Shown: in pieces, positions 51,660-61,976 of the stretch
Position numbering within the stretch: position 1 is the stretch's first letter
How the letters are laid out: every line of letters starts with the position of its first letter
Assembly (NCBI GenBank): GCA_050253415.1
Contig: JBFWJC010000001.1
Location: forward strand, 1,288,679 to 1,352,678
Direction of reading: 5' to 3'
Length of the DNA: 64,000 bases
Source: Pedobacter sp.
GTDB taxonomy: Bacteria > Desulfobacterota > Desulfuromonadia > Desulfuromonadales > Syntrophotaleaceae
Notes under the pieces: generated by a model
What the model was told of the DNA's origin: nothing
The model's database searches: none
What the model saw: only the letters and a program-made list of their open reading frames with translations
Made by a program: the position numbers and the translations under genes

Positions 51660-52613
51660 ATGGAAGCGAGTGCCGGGCAAGCAGGAAAAACCAAGTTTCA
51701 GATCGATCTGCGCCGTTATCTTCGCGAGGATGGCGAAGACGAACAACTGATTCACCTGATCTGTGAAATTGCCGAGGCTTCAAAGTATATTGTTAATTCC
51801 ATCCGGACCGGAGATCTCGGGGTCGCCGGAACATCCAATTTGTATGGGGAAGAGCAACTGGCACTCGATGTGTTGTCGGATCGTATCTTGCGCAAGCGGT
51901 TGGCAAAATCCGGGGTTGTCAGTAACGTGGTATCCGAAGAGTCCAACGATATCCTGCTGGTGGCACCGCACCGCACCGGCAACTATTCGGTTGCCTATGA
52001 TCCGCTGGATGGGTCCTCGCTGGTCGACGTTAATCTGGCCGTCGGAACCATCGTATCGATATACAAAGGCAGTGATTTGATGCAGCCCGGCAATAAGCAG
52101 GCGGCAGCGCTTTATATTCTTTACGGACCACGCACGACCCTGGTTTATACCACCGGCAACGGGGTGCATGAATTCGGTATGAATCAGTTGATGGAATATA
52201 CCTTGTTGCGGCGTAATATTCGCATGGGGCCGAAAGCGAGCATCTATGCTCCTGGCGGTTTGCGCAGCCTGTATACGGCAGGTACCGACAAGTTCGTCCG
52301 GCAGTTGGAGGCCAGCGGGGTCAAGCTGCGCTACAGTGGCGGGTTGGTGCCTGATATCAATCAGATACTGATGAAGGGCACGGGGATATTCTTTTATCCC
52401 CATCTGCAGAATGCTCCGCAGGGCAAACTGCGGTTGCTGTTTGAACTTAACCCGATGGCTTTCTTAATGGAGCAAGCCGGTGGAGCGGCCTCCAATGGTC
52501 GGCAGCGAATTCTCGACCTGGAGCCTCGACAACTGGATGATCGGTGCCCGTTTTTCTGTGGGTGTCGCGAGGATGTGGAATTGGCGGAGGCGTATCTAAA
52601 AGACGAGGGATAA
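51660..52613 (+). CDS. fbp: Class 1 fructose-1,6-bisphosphatase
   Basis: GEEQLALDV, SEE, YDPLDGSS, LRYSGGLVPD, GKLRLLFE. Confidence 0.93.
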   Translation: MEASAGQAGKTKFQIDLRRYLREDGEDEQLIHLICEIAEASKYIVNSIRTGDLGVAGTSNLYGEEQLALDVLSDRILRKRLAKSGVVSNVVSEESNDILLVAPHRTGNYSVAYDPLDGSSLVDVNLAVGTIVSIYKGSDLMQPGNKQAAALYILYGPRTTLVYTTGNGVHEFGMNQLMEYTLLRRNIRMGPKASIYAPGGLRSLYTAGTDKFVRQLEASGVKLRYSGGLVPDINQILMKGTGIFFYPHLQNAPQGKLRLLFELNPMAFLMEQAGGAASNGRQRILDLEPRQLDDRCPFFCGCREDVELAEAYLKDEG

Positions 52614-52658
52614 ACGAAACGGGGACCGAAAGGTCCCCGTTTTTGTAATCTGCCTGGA

Positions 52659-53207
52659 TCAGTCGAGCAGGGCCTTAACCCGTTCATAGCCGGTGTTATA
52701 GGCCTTTTTGTTGAGTTCCACAAAGGCTTCCGGGACACGACTCAATACCGCTTTTTCACCAGACTCGCGTTTGACGATGCCGGTCAGGGCGACCATAGCG
52801 CCAAGAGCAACGACGTTGGCGACAATGGCACGACCGATGTCGTTTTTTGCCGTGTTGATGATCGGGAAACGGTAGATTTTGAAGTCGCCTGCGGGCGGCT
52901 TTTTAACAAAGTCGGTATCCAACAACAGCAGACCACCCGGTTTGATCGTATCGACATATTTATCGGCTGCTTCCTGGGTCAGGGCCAGGCAGGCGTCAAC
53001 CAGGGTTGCCTTGGGATAATCGATGGGCCCGTCTGAAATAATTACCTCCGATTTGGAAGCGCCGCCCCGGGCTTCAGGGCCGTAGCTCTGGGATTGCACG
53101 GCGTATTGGTCTTCGACGATGGATGCTGCTTCAGCCAGGATAATCCCGGCGGTGATGAGCCCCTGTCCGCCGGCTCCGGAAAACCTTATCTCATAGCGTT
53201 TTGACAT
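52659..53207 (-). CDS. korC: 2-oxoglutarate:ferredoxin oxidoreductase gamma subunit
   Basis: FSGAGGQG, SYGPEARGGAS. Confidence 0.88.
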   Translation of the reverse strand: MSKRYEIRFSGAGGQGLITAGIILAEAASIVEDQYAVQSQSYGPEARGGASKSEVIISDGPIDYPKATLVDACLALTQEAADKYVDTIKPGGLLLLDTDFVKKPPAGDFKIYRFPIINTAKNDIGRAIVANVVALGAMVALTGIVKRESGEKAVLSRVPEAFVELNKKAYNTGYERVKALLD

Positions 53208-53218
53208 GGATGCTCCTT

Positions 53219-54034
53219 TCAGAGATTCTGGGCGCGCTTTATGACCTCGGCATATTGCTCGCAATATTCCGGGCGCTCTTCACGGTGCAGAATGCCGGTG
53301 ACAATTTTGCCATCCAGTTCTTCCGAGGACATGGTGGCGGCCTTGGCTACGGGCACGGCCAGTTCCTTGAATCGCTTCATCATGTCGACCACCGAACGGA
53401 ACTTGTTGCGGCGTCCGTAGGTGGTCGGGCAATCGTCAAGGACCTCAATGATCGCCATGCCCTTATGCCGGATGCCTTCGGCGATGAGTTTGTCGATCTG
53501 TGTGGCGTGATACGCGGTGGTGCGGGCGACAAAAGTCGCGCCGGCGCCAATGGCCAGTTTGCTGATATCGAAGGTAGGATCGGGATTGCCGTAAGGCGTG
53601 GTCGAGGCCTTGTCACCGGTAGGGGTGCAGGGGCTGAACTGACCGCCGGTCATACCGTAGATAAAGTTGTTCAGGATGACATAGGTCATGTCGATATTAC
53701 GCCGGCAGGCATGGATAAAGTGGTTACCGCCGATGGCTACACCATCGCCGTCGCCACCAACCACCAACACGTTCATCTCCGGTTGGGCCATCTTAATGCC
53801 GGTGGCAAAGGCCGCTGCGCGACCATGGGCGGTGTGCAGGGTATTGAAATCGACATAGCCGGGCAGGCGGCTGGCACAGCCGATGCCGGAAACGATGGCG
53901 GTGCGGTTTTTTTCGAGTTCGCAGGCATCAATGGCGCGTAGCAGTCCCTTGAGGACAATGCCGTGGCCGCAGCCCGGACACCAGATATGCGGCAGCTTTC
54001 CGGGGCGCAGGTATTTGTCGTAGTCGAATGCCAT
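53219..54034 (-). CDS. korB: 2-oxoglutarate:ferredoxin oxidoreductase beta subunit
   Basis: WCPGCG, SGIGC, HGRA, GDGD..GGNH, NN.IYGMTGGQ. Confidence 0.9.
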   Translation of the reverse strand: MAFDYDKYLRPGKLPHIWCPGCGHGIVLKGLLRAIDACELEKNRTAIVSGIGCASRLPGYVDFNTLHTAHGRAAAFATGIKMAQPEMNVLVVGGDGDGVAIGGNHFIHACRRNIDMTYVILNNFIYGMTGGQFSPCTPTGDKASTTPYGNPDPTFDISKLAIGAGATFVARTTAYHATQIDKLIAEGIRHKGMAIIEVLDDCPTTYGRRNKFRSVVDMMKRFKELAVPVAKAATMSSEELDGKIVTGILHREERPEYCEQYAEVIKRAQNL

Positions 54035-54036
54035 GG

Positions 54037-55170
54037 CTAGTAGACCTCCTTGACTTTATCCATGATCTGGAAGGGGGAGATCGGCTCCCCGTCGACCCGG
54101 CCGATGCCGTGTAGATCACAAGCGCCTTTGGTGACGCGTTCCACCTCGAGGATCATCTGCCCGAGATTCATTTCAGGTACAATGATGGCTTTGACCTGCC
54201 CGGCCAGTTCGGCGATACGCCTTTCGGGGAACGGCCACAGGGTAATAGGGCGGAAAAGTCCGACCTTTTGGCCCTGTTTGCGCAATTCATTCACGGCGTG
54301 GCGGGCCGAGCGGCTGATGGTACCGATGGCCACGATCAGAATCTCGGCATCGTCAACCATGTATTCTTCGTTTTTTTCGATTTTGTCACGGTTGGCTTCG
54401 ACTTTGCGAATCTGACGGCGTTCCTCGGCATCGACCAGGCGGGCCTTGGTGGTGGGGAAGCCGTCCGCGGCCTTGTTCAGACCGGTGACATGGAATCGGT
54501 ATTCCGAACCAAAAGCTGCCAGAGGTGGCACGTCTCCGAAACTCGGGTCAAAGGGCAGGTACTGCTCGGGAGAGACGGGTGGTGCCTGTCGGTTGAGGAT
54601 TTCCAACTCGCCCGGTTCCGGCAATTCGATACGTTCGCGCATATGGCCGTTGATTTCATCCAGTAGTACCTGGACCGGCATGCGGTAGGTTTCGGCCAGA
54701 TTGAAAGCCCGCACCGTTTCGGAAAAGATCTCCTGACACGATGCCGGCGCCACGGCGATGGCAGCATGGTCGCCATGGGTGCCCCAACGGGCCTGCATGA
54801 TATCGGATTGGCTGGGGCCGGTCGGCATGCCGGTTGACGGGCCGCCGCGCATAACGTTGACGATGACGCAGGGGATTTCGGCAATGCACGCGTAGCCGAT
54901 GAGTTCCTGTTTGAGTGAAATGCCGGGGCCAGAGCTGGCCGTCAGGGCCTTGGCGCCGGTAAGGGCCGCACCAAGCACCGACGCCATAGCGGCGATTTCA
55001 TCTTCCATCTGTATGAATTTACCACCGGTCTTGGGCAGTTCCTTGGCCAGAACTTCGGCCACTTCTGTCGATGGGGTTATGGGATAACCGCCGAAGAAAC
55101 TGCACCCTGCGTACAGGGCACCGTAAGCGCAGGCTTCGTTCCCCTGCAATAAAGCAACTTTTTTAGCCAC
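54037..55170 (-). CDS. korA: 2-oxoglutarate:ferredoxin oxidoreductase alpha subunit
   Basis: GNEA, GYPITPSTE, QMEDEIA, SGPG, MRGGPSTGMPT. Confidence 0.9.
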   Translation of the reverse strand: MAKKVALLQGNEACAYGALYAGCSFFGGYPITPSTEVAEVLAKELPKTGGKFIQMEDEIAAMASVLGAALTGAKALTASSGPGISLKQELIGYACIAEIPCVIVNVMRGGPSTGMPTGPSQSDIMQARWGTHGDHAAIAVAPASCQEIFSETVRAFNLAETYRMPVQVLLDEINGHMRERIELPEPGELEILNRQAPPVSPEQYLPFDPSFGDVPPLAAFGSEYRFHVTGLNKAADGFPTTKARLVDAEERRQIRKVEANRDKIEKNEEYMVDDAEILIVAIGTISRSARHAVNELRKQGQKVGLFRPITLWPFPERRIAELAGQVKAIIVPEMNLGQMILEVERVTKGACDLHGIGRVDGEPISPFQIMDKVKEVY

Positions 55171-55197
55171 TTTGATAGACCTCCTGAAGAAAAGGAT

Positions 55198-55389
55198 TCA
55201 ATCCTTGTGGACTTTGATAGCAAAGTCGGGGCAGCGCAATTCGCATTGCATGCAACCGATACAAGCATCCGGCCGGATAACCTTCGCCAGAAAGCCATCC
55301 ATTTCCAATACATTGGTAGGACAAAATTCCACACAAATACTGCATCCCTTGCAGTATTGTTCGATGATTTCTAATCGTGGGGTGTTCAT
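55198..55389 (-). CDS. korD: 2x[4Fe-4S] ferredoxin (delta subunit)
   Basis: CKGCSICVEFCP and CIGCMQCELRCPD. Confidence 0.88.
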   Translation of the reverse strand: MNTPRLEIIEQYCKGCSICVEFCPTNVLEMDGFLAKVIRPDACIGCMQCELRCPDFAIKVHKD

Positions 55390-55672
55390 TCCCGAAATCT
55401 CCTTATAGGACTTTTTCGGTGCGGCGACGCATTGTCACACCGATCATTAACAAAACCACCGGTGATTCTAACATGTTTGCACCGATGAAATGCAAATATT
55501 TTTCCTTTTTTGGTAAGACCTGAAACCTGTCATTGCCCGATATAGTGCCTTCAACAACGATGAACGGAAGGTGACGGCCCGGTCTTGCTGTAAGGGGACA
55601 AGGAGACGATTTCCCCGGGTTCTTTGTCCAACCGGCTGACGTTGCCGGCAGAATGCAAAATTTATCGCTGGA

Positions 55673-56890
55673 CTATGCTGCCGCGGATTGAGGCCTTTTT
55701 TTCGGCATGATGGTCAGGTTGATCGCGATACCGATTACGGCCAGCAGGGCTGTGGCAAAAAAAGCGTACTGGTAACTGCCGAAGTGATCCTTGACCAGTC
55801 CAGAGGTAAGACCCCCGGCAATGGCCCCTGCACCATAAGCCGTGAATACAAAACCGTAGTTTCGACAGTAGTTCAAAACGCCGAACAGGTTGGAGGTCGA
55901 TACCGGCGCAATGGCCAGCCAGCCGCCAAGGGTGAGCCAAAGCAGGGAAAAGGCGGCAAAATAAATTGTGATATCACCGGCTTTTGCGCCCAACAGAGCC
56001 GCGGAGGCAATCAAAATCAGGATAAAAGACAGGGATATTGTGGGCCTCGATCCGAATTTGTCGGTCATGGAACCAAACAATGGGCGACCCAGGGCGTTGA
56101 AAAGGGCAAAGATCGAAACTGCGAAGGCTGCCCTTTCCGGTTGAAGGCGGATAATCTCCTGTGCCACCGGACTTGTTACGGAAATAGCCATCAACCCTGA
56201 AAAAGTCCCAATGGCATAACAGAACCAGAGGCCGTAAAATTCCCGGGCTTTGAGCATGGGATTAAAGCCCGGGGAATCCTGAGCCGTTGACCTTCCGGTC
56301 GAAACCTGATTTTTAGATGGTACCTCGGGGAATTTCAAAAAAGATGCAAGCAGACTAATGCATAAAAAGAACAGGACTCCGAAAATTCTGAAGGTAGCAA
56401 GTACTCCGTAGAGATCTATGAGATAAAGTGCCACGGGAGCCGTAATAAACGGTGAAACCCCGAACCCTGCCAGGGTGACTCCGACGGCCAATCCTTTTTT
56501 TTGCGGGAACCAACGGGCGGCCACCGCCAGAGGGACCCCGTAGATCAACCCGACACCGATACCGCCCAGCACACCGTAGGTTATCGACAGGGTGGTGATG
56601 GTCGTAGCGGATCCGGAAGCAAACCAGCCAGTAGCAAGGATCAATCCTCCCAGCATGGTCGTGCGCCTGGGTCCCGACTTTTCAATCAAGCTCCCGGCAA
56701 AAGGCATGGTCAGCGCATAGAAACACAGAAACAACATATAGGGCCAGCCGCTCTCGGTGGCCCCTATGCCGAATGCTTCTTCAAGGGGTTTTCTGAAAAC
56801 ACTCCACGCATAGATTGTTCCCATGCAGACAAAAATCGCCATTCCGGCGAGGATGTATCCAAAAGGGGCCAGTTTCTTTTCTATGGGCAT
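55673..56890 (-). CDS. MFS transporter, oxalate/formate antiporter (OFA)-like
   Basis: GTIYAWSVF, RWFPQKKGLAVG, FNALGR, NYGFVFTAYG. Confidence 0.85.
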   Translation of the reverse strand: MPIEKKLAPFGYILAGMAIFVCMGTIYAWSVFRKPLEEAFGIGATESGWPYMLFLCFYALTMPFAGSLIEKSGPRRTTMLGGLILATGWFASGSATTITTLSITYGVLGGIGVGLIYGVPLAVAARWFPQKKGLAVGVTLAGFGVSPFITAPVALYLIDLYGVLATFRIFGVLFFLCISLLASFLKFPEVPSKNQVSTGRSTAQDSPGFNPMLKAREFYGLWFCYAIGTFSGLMAISVTSPVAQEIIRLQPERAAFAVSIFALFNALGRPLFGSMTDKFGSRPTISLSFILILIASAALLGAKAGDITIYFAAFSLLWLTLGGWLAIAPVSTSNLFGVLNYCRNYGFVFTAYGAGAIAGGLTSGLVKDHFGSYQYAFFATALLAVIGIAINLTIMPKKRPQSAAA

Positions 56891-56920
56891 CGTGTTTCCT
56901 TCCATGTTCAGTAGACGTGT

Positions 56921-57415
56921 TCAACGTTGCTGCAGTTTCTGATCTTTCTCTTCCACTTCCCGAGCCATGTTTTCCCGGAACTCCACGAGTTTTCGTGTCA
57001 GCTCGATATCGTTCAAGGCCAGAATCTGTGCCGCCAGAAGGGCCGCATTTTTAGCGCCGGTTTTGCCTATGGCGGTAGTGGCGACCGGAATGCCGCCAGG
57101 CATCTGGACGATGGAGTAAAGTGCGTCCACGCCATTTAGCGGACCACCGCCCATCGGCACACCGATGACCGGGAGAATGGTGCCTGCCGCGACGACGCCC
57201 GGCAGATGAGCCGCCAGTCCGGCCGCCGCAATGACGACCTGGATGCCGCGCGCGGCAGCACCTTCTACCAGATCGCTGGTTTTGCGAGGGGAACGATGCG
57301 CCGAGGCTATGCGCATTTCATAAGGAATGTCGAATTGTTCGAGAATCTTGGCGGTCTCTTCGAGTACCGGGCAGTCTGAATCGCTGCCCATAACAATAAG
57401 TACTTTGGGGGTCAT
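56921..57415 (-). CDS. purE: N5-CAIR mutase
   Basis: MGSDSD, SAHRSP, AAHLPG, SIVQMPGGIPVAT. Confidence 0.95.
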   Translation of the reverse strand: MTPKVLIVMGSDSDCPVLEETAKILEQFDIPYEMRIASAHRSPRKTSDLVEGAAARGIQVVIAAAGLAAHLPGVVAAGTILPVIGVPMGGGPLNGVDALYSIVQMPGGIPVATTAIGKTGAKNAALLAAQILALNDIELTRKLVEFRENMAREVEEKDQKLQQR

Positions 57416-57526
57416 GAAATCTCCTGAAAGACAATCGGTCGCAAATAAACAAGGTCTCCGTCTGCCGGCCATGCCGCACCGAAGGGTTGCAGTGCGGCAT
57501 GGCCGATTTGAAAAGGACGTCCTAGC

Positions 57527-60500
57527 TTAATCGGCCAGCTTTTCATACAGGGCGCGTCGGCGCACAGTCCATGCGTTCGCACCCTCAATGAGTTGTCTGG
57601 CCGCCGCTGGGTTGACTTTTTGCAGAGCCCGGAAGCGGTTTTGGGTGGCGGCAAAGTCCTCGAAGGAAATGCTCGGTGCTTTGCTATCGAGCTGCAGCGG
57701 ATTCTTACCCTCGGTCGCGCGGTCAGGGTTGTAGCGGTAAAGAGGCCAATGTCCGCAGTCAACGGCTTTTTTCTGGCTTTGGATGCCCTTGGTCATGTCG
57801 ATGCCGTGTGCGATGCAGTGGGAATAGGCAATGATCAGTGACGGCCCGTTAAACGCTTCCGCTTCCATAAATGCCTTGATCGCCTGGGCAGGGTTTGCCA
57901 GGGAAACGGTTGCTACATAGGCGGTGCCGTACGACATGGCCATCAGACCCAGGTCTTTTTTGGGCATATTTTTACCGCCAGCAGCAAACTGTGCCACCGC
58001 GCCCATCGGGGTCGATTTGGAGGCTTGGCCGCCGGTGTTGGAATAAACTTCCGTGTCGAGGACCAGTAGATTGACGTTTTTATCCGTGGCGATGACATGG
58101 TCGAGACCACCGTAGCCGATATCGTAAGCCCATCCGTCGCCGCCGATGCACCAGACCGATTTTTTCACAAGGTAATCGGCAAGAGTGGCGAGGCGTTTGG
58201 AAACAGGATCATCGCACTTGGCAAGCAGGTTCTTAAGTTGCGCTATACGGCCACGTTGCTCTTCGATGCCTGCCTGGGATGACTGGTCGGCGTGCAGGAT
58301 GGCCTGCAAAAGATCTTTGTCGGCCGGGCACCCGGAACAGTTGCAGTCCATGAGCTGGACCAGCATCTCGCTGGCTGCTTCGGTAAACTTGTCCACGGCC
58401 AGGCGCATCCCGAAGCCGAATTCCGCCGTATCCTCGAACAAGGAGTTGGACCAGGCCGGGCCTCGTCCGTCATCGCGGGTCGCCCAGGGAGTGGTCGGCA
58501 GGTTGCCACCGTAAATCGAGGTGCAGCCGGTGGCGTTGGCGATCAGGGCACGGTCGCCGAACAACTGTGACATGAGCTTAAGATACGGGGTTTCCCCGCA
58601 TCCCGAACAGGCGCCGGAAAATTCGAACAGCGGTTTGAGTAACTGGCTGCCTTTGAGCGTGTCGCGTTTGACCTTACCCGGGTCGGTTTCGGGCAGGGCC
58701 AGAAAGAAGTCCCAATTGGTGGCTTCCTGATCACGCAGGGGAATCTTGAACTGCATTTTTAGAGCCTTGCGGGAAGGATCCTGGCGGTCTTTTGCGGGGC
58801 AGACCTCGACGCAGATACCGCAGCCGACGCAATCTTCGGGGGCTACCTGCAGGGTGAAGTTTTTCCCGTCAAATTCTCCCCCGCGTGCTTCTGCACAGCG
58901 GAAGGTCGGCGGTGCCTGCGCCAGATAGGCGGGATCGTAGATTTTCATGCGGAGGGTTGCGTGAGGGCAAACGAAAGAGCACAGTCCGCACTGAACGCAG
59001 AGGTGTTCGTCCCATACAGGGATCTCCAGTGCGATGTTGCGTTTTTCGTAACGGGAGGTGGCGGTGGGGAATGTACCGTCCACGGGCATGCTTGATACCG
59101 GCAGGCTGTCGCCCTGCCCGGCAATAATGGTGGCAACCACGTTTTGTACGAAAGCCGGGGCGCCGGGCGTTACCAGGGGCGGCTTGCTCAAGCTACTGTC
59201 TGCTTGAGCCGGGAGTGTGATTTCGGCGATATGGTCGAGGGATGCATCGGCAGCCCGGCAGTTCATGTCGACGACTTTTTCACCGGCTTTGCCGTAGGTT
59301 TTCCGGATGGCATCCTTGATGGCCGCGAGGGCGCTATCCATGGGAAGGATGCCTGTGATTTTGAAAAAGGCGGTCTGCATGATGACATTGATGCGGCCAC
59401 CCAGACCGATCTTCTCGGCGATGTCAACGGCGTTGATGACGAACAGGCGCAGCTTTTTGTCGATGATCTGCTGCTGCACCTCGCGGGGCATCTGGTCCCA
59501 GACCGTATCCTTGTCAAACGGAGAGTTCAGGAGGAAAGTTGCTCCCGGTTTCGCTCTGGACAGCATGTCGCACTTTTCCAAAAAGGTGAAATTATGGCAG
59601 GCAATGAAATCGGCATTGTTGATAAGATACGGCGACCGCAGCGGGCTTTTGCCGAATCGAAGGTGCGAGGTGGTTACCGTACCGGCCTTTTTGGAATCGT
59701 ACACAAAGTAAGCCTGGACGTTGTTGTCCGTAAGATCCCCTATAATCTTGATAGAGTTTTTGTTGGCTCCTACCGTGCCATCGGATGCAAGGCCATAGAA
59801 CATGGCCGAATAGATGCCGGATTCATCGTTGCTGTAGGCACTGTCGACGGGAAGACTGGTACCGCAAACGTCGTCTTCTATGCCGACGACAAAATGGTTT
59901 TTAGGTGTGTCCTGATCCAGATTGTCGAACACGGCCTTGACCATGGCGGGGGTGAATTCCTTGGAGCCGAGAGCATAGCGGCCCCCGACGATGATGGGCA
60001 GAGTGGCCCCGTGCATCGCCTCGCTAATGGCACCGCGAACGTCGAGGTACAGCGGTTCGCCGAGGGACCCGGGTTCTTTGGTACGGTCCAGTACCGCAAT
60101 TTTTCGCGCCGTGGCGGGCAGGGCTGCCAACAGGGCTTCGGCGGGGAAGGGGCGATACAGGCGAACCTTGAGCAAGCCGACTTTTTCACCCCGCGCGTTC
60201 ATGGCATCCACGGTTTCATGAACGGTGTCGCTGCCGGAGCCCATCAGGATAATGATTTTTTCGGCATCGGGAGAGCCAACATAGTCGACCAAACCGTATT
60301 GGCGGCCGGTAAGTTCGGCGAATTTATGCATCTCCTGCTGTACGATGTCCGGGGTGGCGAGGTAGAATCGATGCACCGTCTCCCTCCCCTGAAAATAGAC
60401 ATCAGGGTTCTGCGAGGTGCCACGCAGCACCGGATGATCCGGGGACAGGGAGCGGGCCCGGTGGTCGGCAATCAATTCCTCGTCGAGCATGGCGTGCATG

Positions 60501-61069
60501 TCATTGAAGCTGAGTTGCTCGATTTTCTGGATTTCGTGGGAGGTTCTGAACCCGTCAAAAAAGTGTAAAAACGGTACCCGTGAACGCAGGGTGGCCGCCT
60601 GGGCAATGAGGGCAAAATCCATGGCCTCCTGAACGTTGTTGGAAGCGAGCATGGCAAAGCCTGTGGAACGGCATGCCATGACGTCGGAGTGATCGCCGAA
60701 GATGGAAAGTGCCTGGGCGGCAATGGCCCGCGCCGAGACATGAAAAACCGTCGGAGTCAGTTCCCCTGCGATTTTGAACATGTTGGGGATCATCAGCAGT
60801 AGACCCTGACTGGCGGTAAAGGTCGTGGTCAGTGCTCCGGCCTGCAATGCGCCATGTACTGCACCTGCGGCACCAGCCTCCGATTGCATCTCCGTTACCA
60901 GCGGCACAGTGCCCCAGATGTTTTTTTCGCCCCTGGCACTTTTAATGTCAGAAAGTTCCCCCATGTTGGACGACGGAGTGATGGGGTAGATGGCGATGAC
61001 CTCGTTGGTGGCGTGTGCCACGTGTGCCGCGGCTGTATTGCCGTCGATGGTAACCATTTTTCGCGTCAT
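57527..61069 (-). CDS. nifJ: Pyruvate:ferredoxin (flavodoxin) oxidoreductase
   Basis: IYPITPSS, FFDGFRTSHE, two ferredoxin motifs, FEFSGACSGCGETPY, GGDGWAYDIG. Confidence 0.97.
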   Translation of the reverse strand: MTRKMVTIDGNTAAAHVAHATNEVIAIYPITPSSNMGELSDIKSARGEKNIWGTVPLVTEMQSEAGAAGAVHGALQAGALTTTFTASQGLLLMIPNMFKIAGELTPTVFHVSARAIAAQALSIFGDHSDVMACRSTGFAMLASNNVQEAMDFALIAQAATLRSRVPFLHFFDGFRTSHEIQKIEQLSFNDMHAMLDEELIADHRARSLSPDHPVLRGTSQNPDVYFQGRETVHRFYLATPDIVQQEMHKFAELTGRQYGLVDYVGSPDAEKIIILMGSGSDTVHETVDAMNARGEKVGLLKVRLYRPFPAEALLAALPATARKIAVLDRTKEPGSLGEPLYLDVRGAISEAMHGATLPIIVGGRYALGSKEFTPAMVKAVFDNLDQDTPKNHFVVGIEDDVCGTSLPVDSAYSNDESGIYSAMFYGLASDGTVGANKNSIKIIGDLTDNNVQAYFVYDSKKAGTVTTSHLRFGKSPLRSPYLINNADFIACHNFTFLEKCDMLSRAKPGATFLLNSPFDKDTVWDQMPREVQQQIIDKKLRLFVINAVDIAEKIGLGGRINVIMQTAFFKITGILPMDSALAAIKDAIRKTYGKAGEKVVDMNCRAADASLDHIAEITLPAQADSSLSKPPLVTPGAPAFVQNVVATIIAGQGDSLPVSSMPVDGTFPTATSRYEKRNIALEIPVWDEHLCVQCGLCSFVCPHATLRMKIYDPAYLAQAPPTFRCAEARGGEFDGKNFTLQVAPEDCVGCGICVEVCPAKDRQDPSRKALKMQFKIPLRDQEATNWDFFLALPETDPGKVKRDTLKGSQLLKPLFEFSGACSGCGETPYLKLMSQLFGDRALIANATGCTSIYGGNLPTTPWATRDDGRGPAWSNSLFEDTAEFGFGMRLAVDKFTEAASEMLVQLMDCNCSGCPADKDLLQAILHADQSSQAGIEEQRGRIAQLKNLLAKCDDPVSKRLATLADYLVKKSVWCIGGDGWAYDIGYGGLDHVIATDKNVNLLVLDTEVYSNTGGQASKSTPMGAVAQFAAGGKNMPKKDLGLMAMSYGTAYVATVSLANPAQAIKAFMEAEAFNGPSLIIAYSHCIAHGIDMTKGIQSQKKAVDCGHWPLYRYNPDRATEGKNPLQLDSKAPSISFEDFAATQNRFRALQKVNPAAARQLIEGANAWTVRRRALYEKLAD

Positions 61070-61571
61070 GCGTAATGTCTCCTTGGTTAATAAGCCCCCA
61101 TGGTGCGGGGAGCCGTTTTTTGCTTCGGTCGAGCTTTGGCCATTCAGGGAACCTTCAAAATTACCCTTATGAAAGTCTTGACAAGTGTGTTGTTTAAATA
61201 GTAACTATTATTTCACGTAAAAAACTTCGTATGTTTGAGCAAAGTACAGAATAAACCTATGTCGAGTCAAGACCTTTTTGCAGGTTTTCATGTTTGAAAA
61301 ACTGCAGCCTGTGAGGGGCTTGCCAGCAACGACCAAGGTTGCAGGTTGAGGAGCGGTTGCGCTAAAGAGTGGTCGTATTTTGCAGGAGCGTTTTCTTTGC
61401 GGAAAGGGCATAGCGGATTGTGGTATGATGCGGGCCAAATTGGGCGGAGATGCGCACTTGGAAGTTTGTGTCGTTGTATCGTCTGATTCCACCCAAACGA
61501 TGTGCACAGAGGCTTTTTTGCAGTCGCAGAAAACTATGAGGAGCGGAGGATATTTTGAGTGGAGGTATGTT

Positions 61572-61931
61572 TTGAAAACTTCAGATTCTGGGCCAAGTGA
61601 ACAGGATTTCGAATATGGCCACAGGCAGTGGACATTTCTGAATAACCATGCCCATGTCCTTATATGCCTGGCCCGCAACCCTGATATGGTATTGCGGGAA
61701 GTCGCTCGAAAGGTGGGTATTACCGAGCGGGCCACGCAAAAAATAATAAAGGACCTGGTGGAATGCCAGGTCCTTGAGCGTTATCGCGTTGGGCGTTGCA
61801 ACAGCTATCGTATCAATCTGGATCTGCCGTTGCGGCATCCTCTGGAAAAACAGCATACCGTCGGTGAATTGCTGGCCATGCTTCTGACGGAAAATGAAAT
61901 GGCCCGTGCCAGGGAACTGATGGCACGTTGA
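61572..61931 (+). CDS. Winged-helix (MarR/AsnC-like) transcriptional regulator
   Basis: WTFLNNHAHVLICLARNPD..LREVARKVGITER..LPLRHPLE. GGAGG SD before a TTG. Confidence 0.8.
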   Translation: MKTSDSGPSEQDFEYGHRQWTFLNNHAHVLICLARNPDMVLREVARKVGITERATQKIIKDLVECQVLERYRVGRCNSYRINLDLPLRHPLEKQHTVGELLAMLLTENEMARARELMAR

Positions 61932-61976
61932 GTACCAGCAACCGCCCTGGTTACTATGACTCGAGGCCATGCATTG

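Noticed and set aside
59144..60568. 474-aa + strand ORF (and similar long antisense ORFs over ftsH and the NCS2 gene)
   Set aside because: Antisense shadows of well-supported genes in GC-rich DNA.
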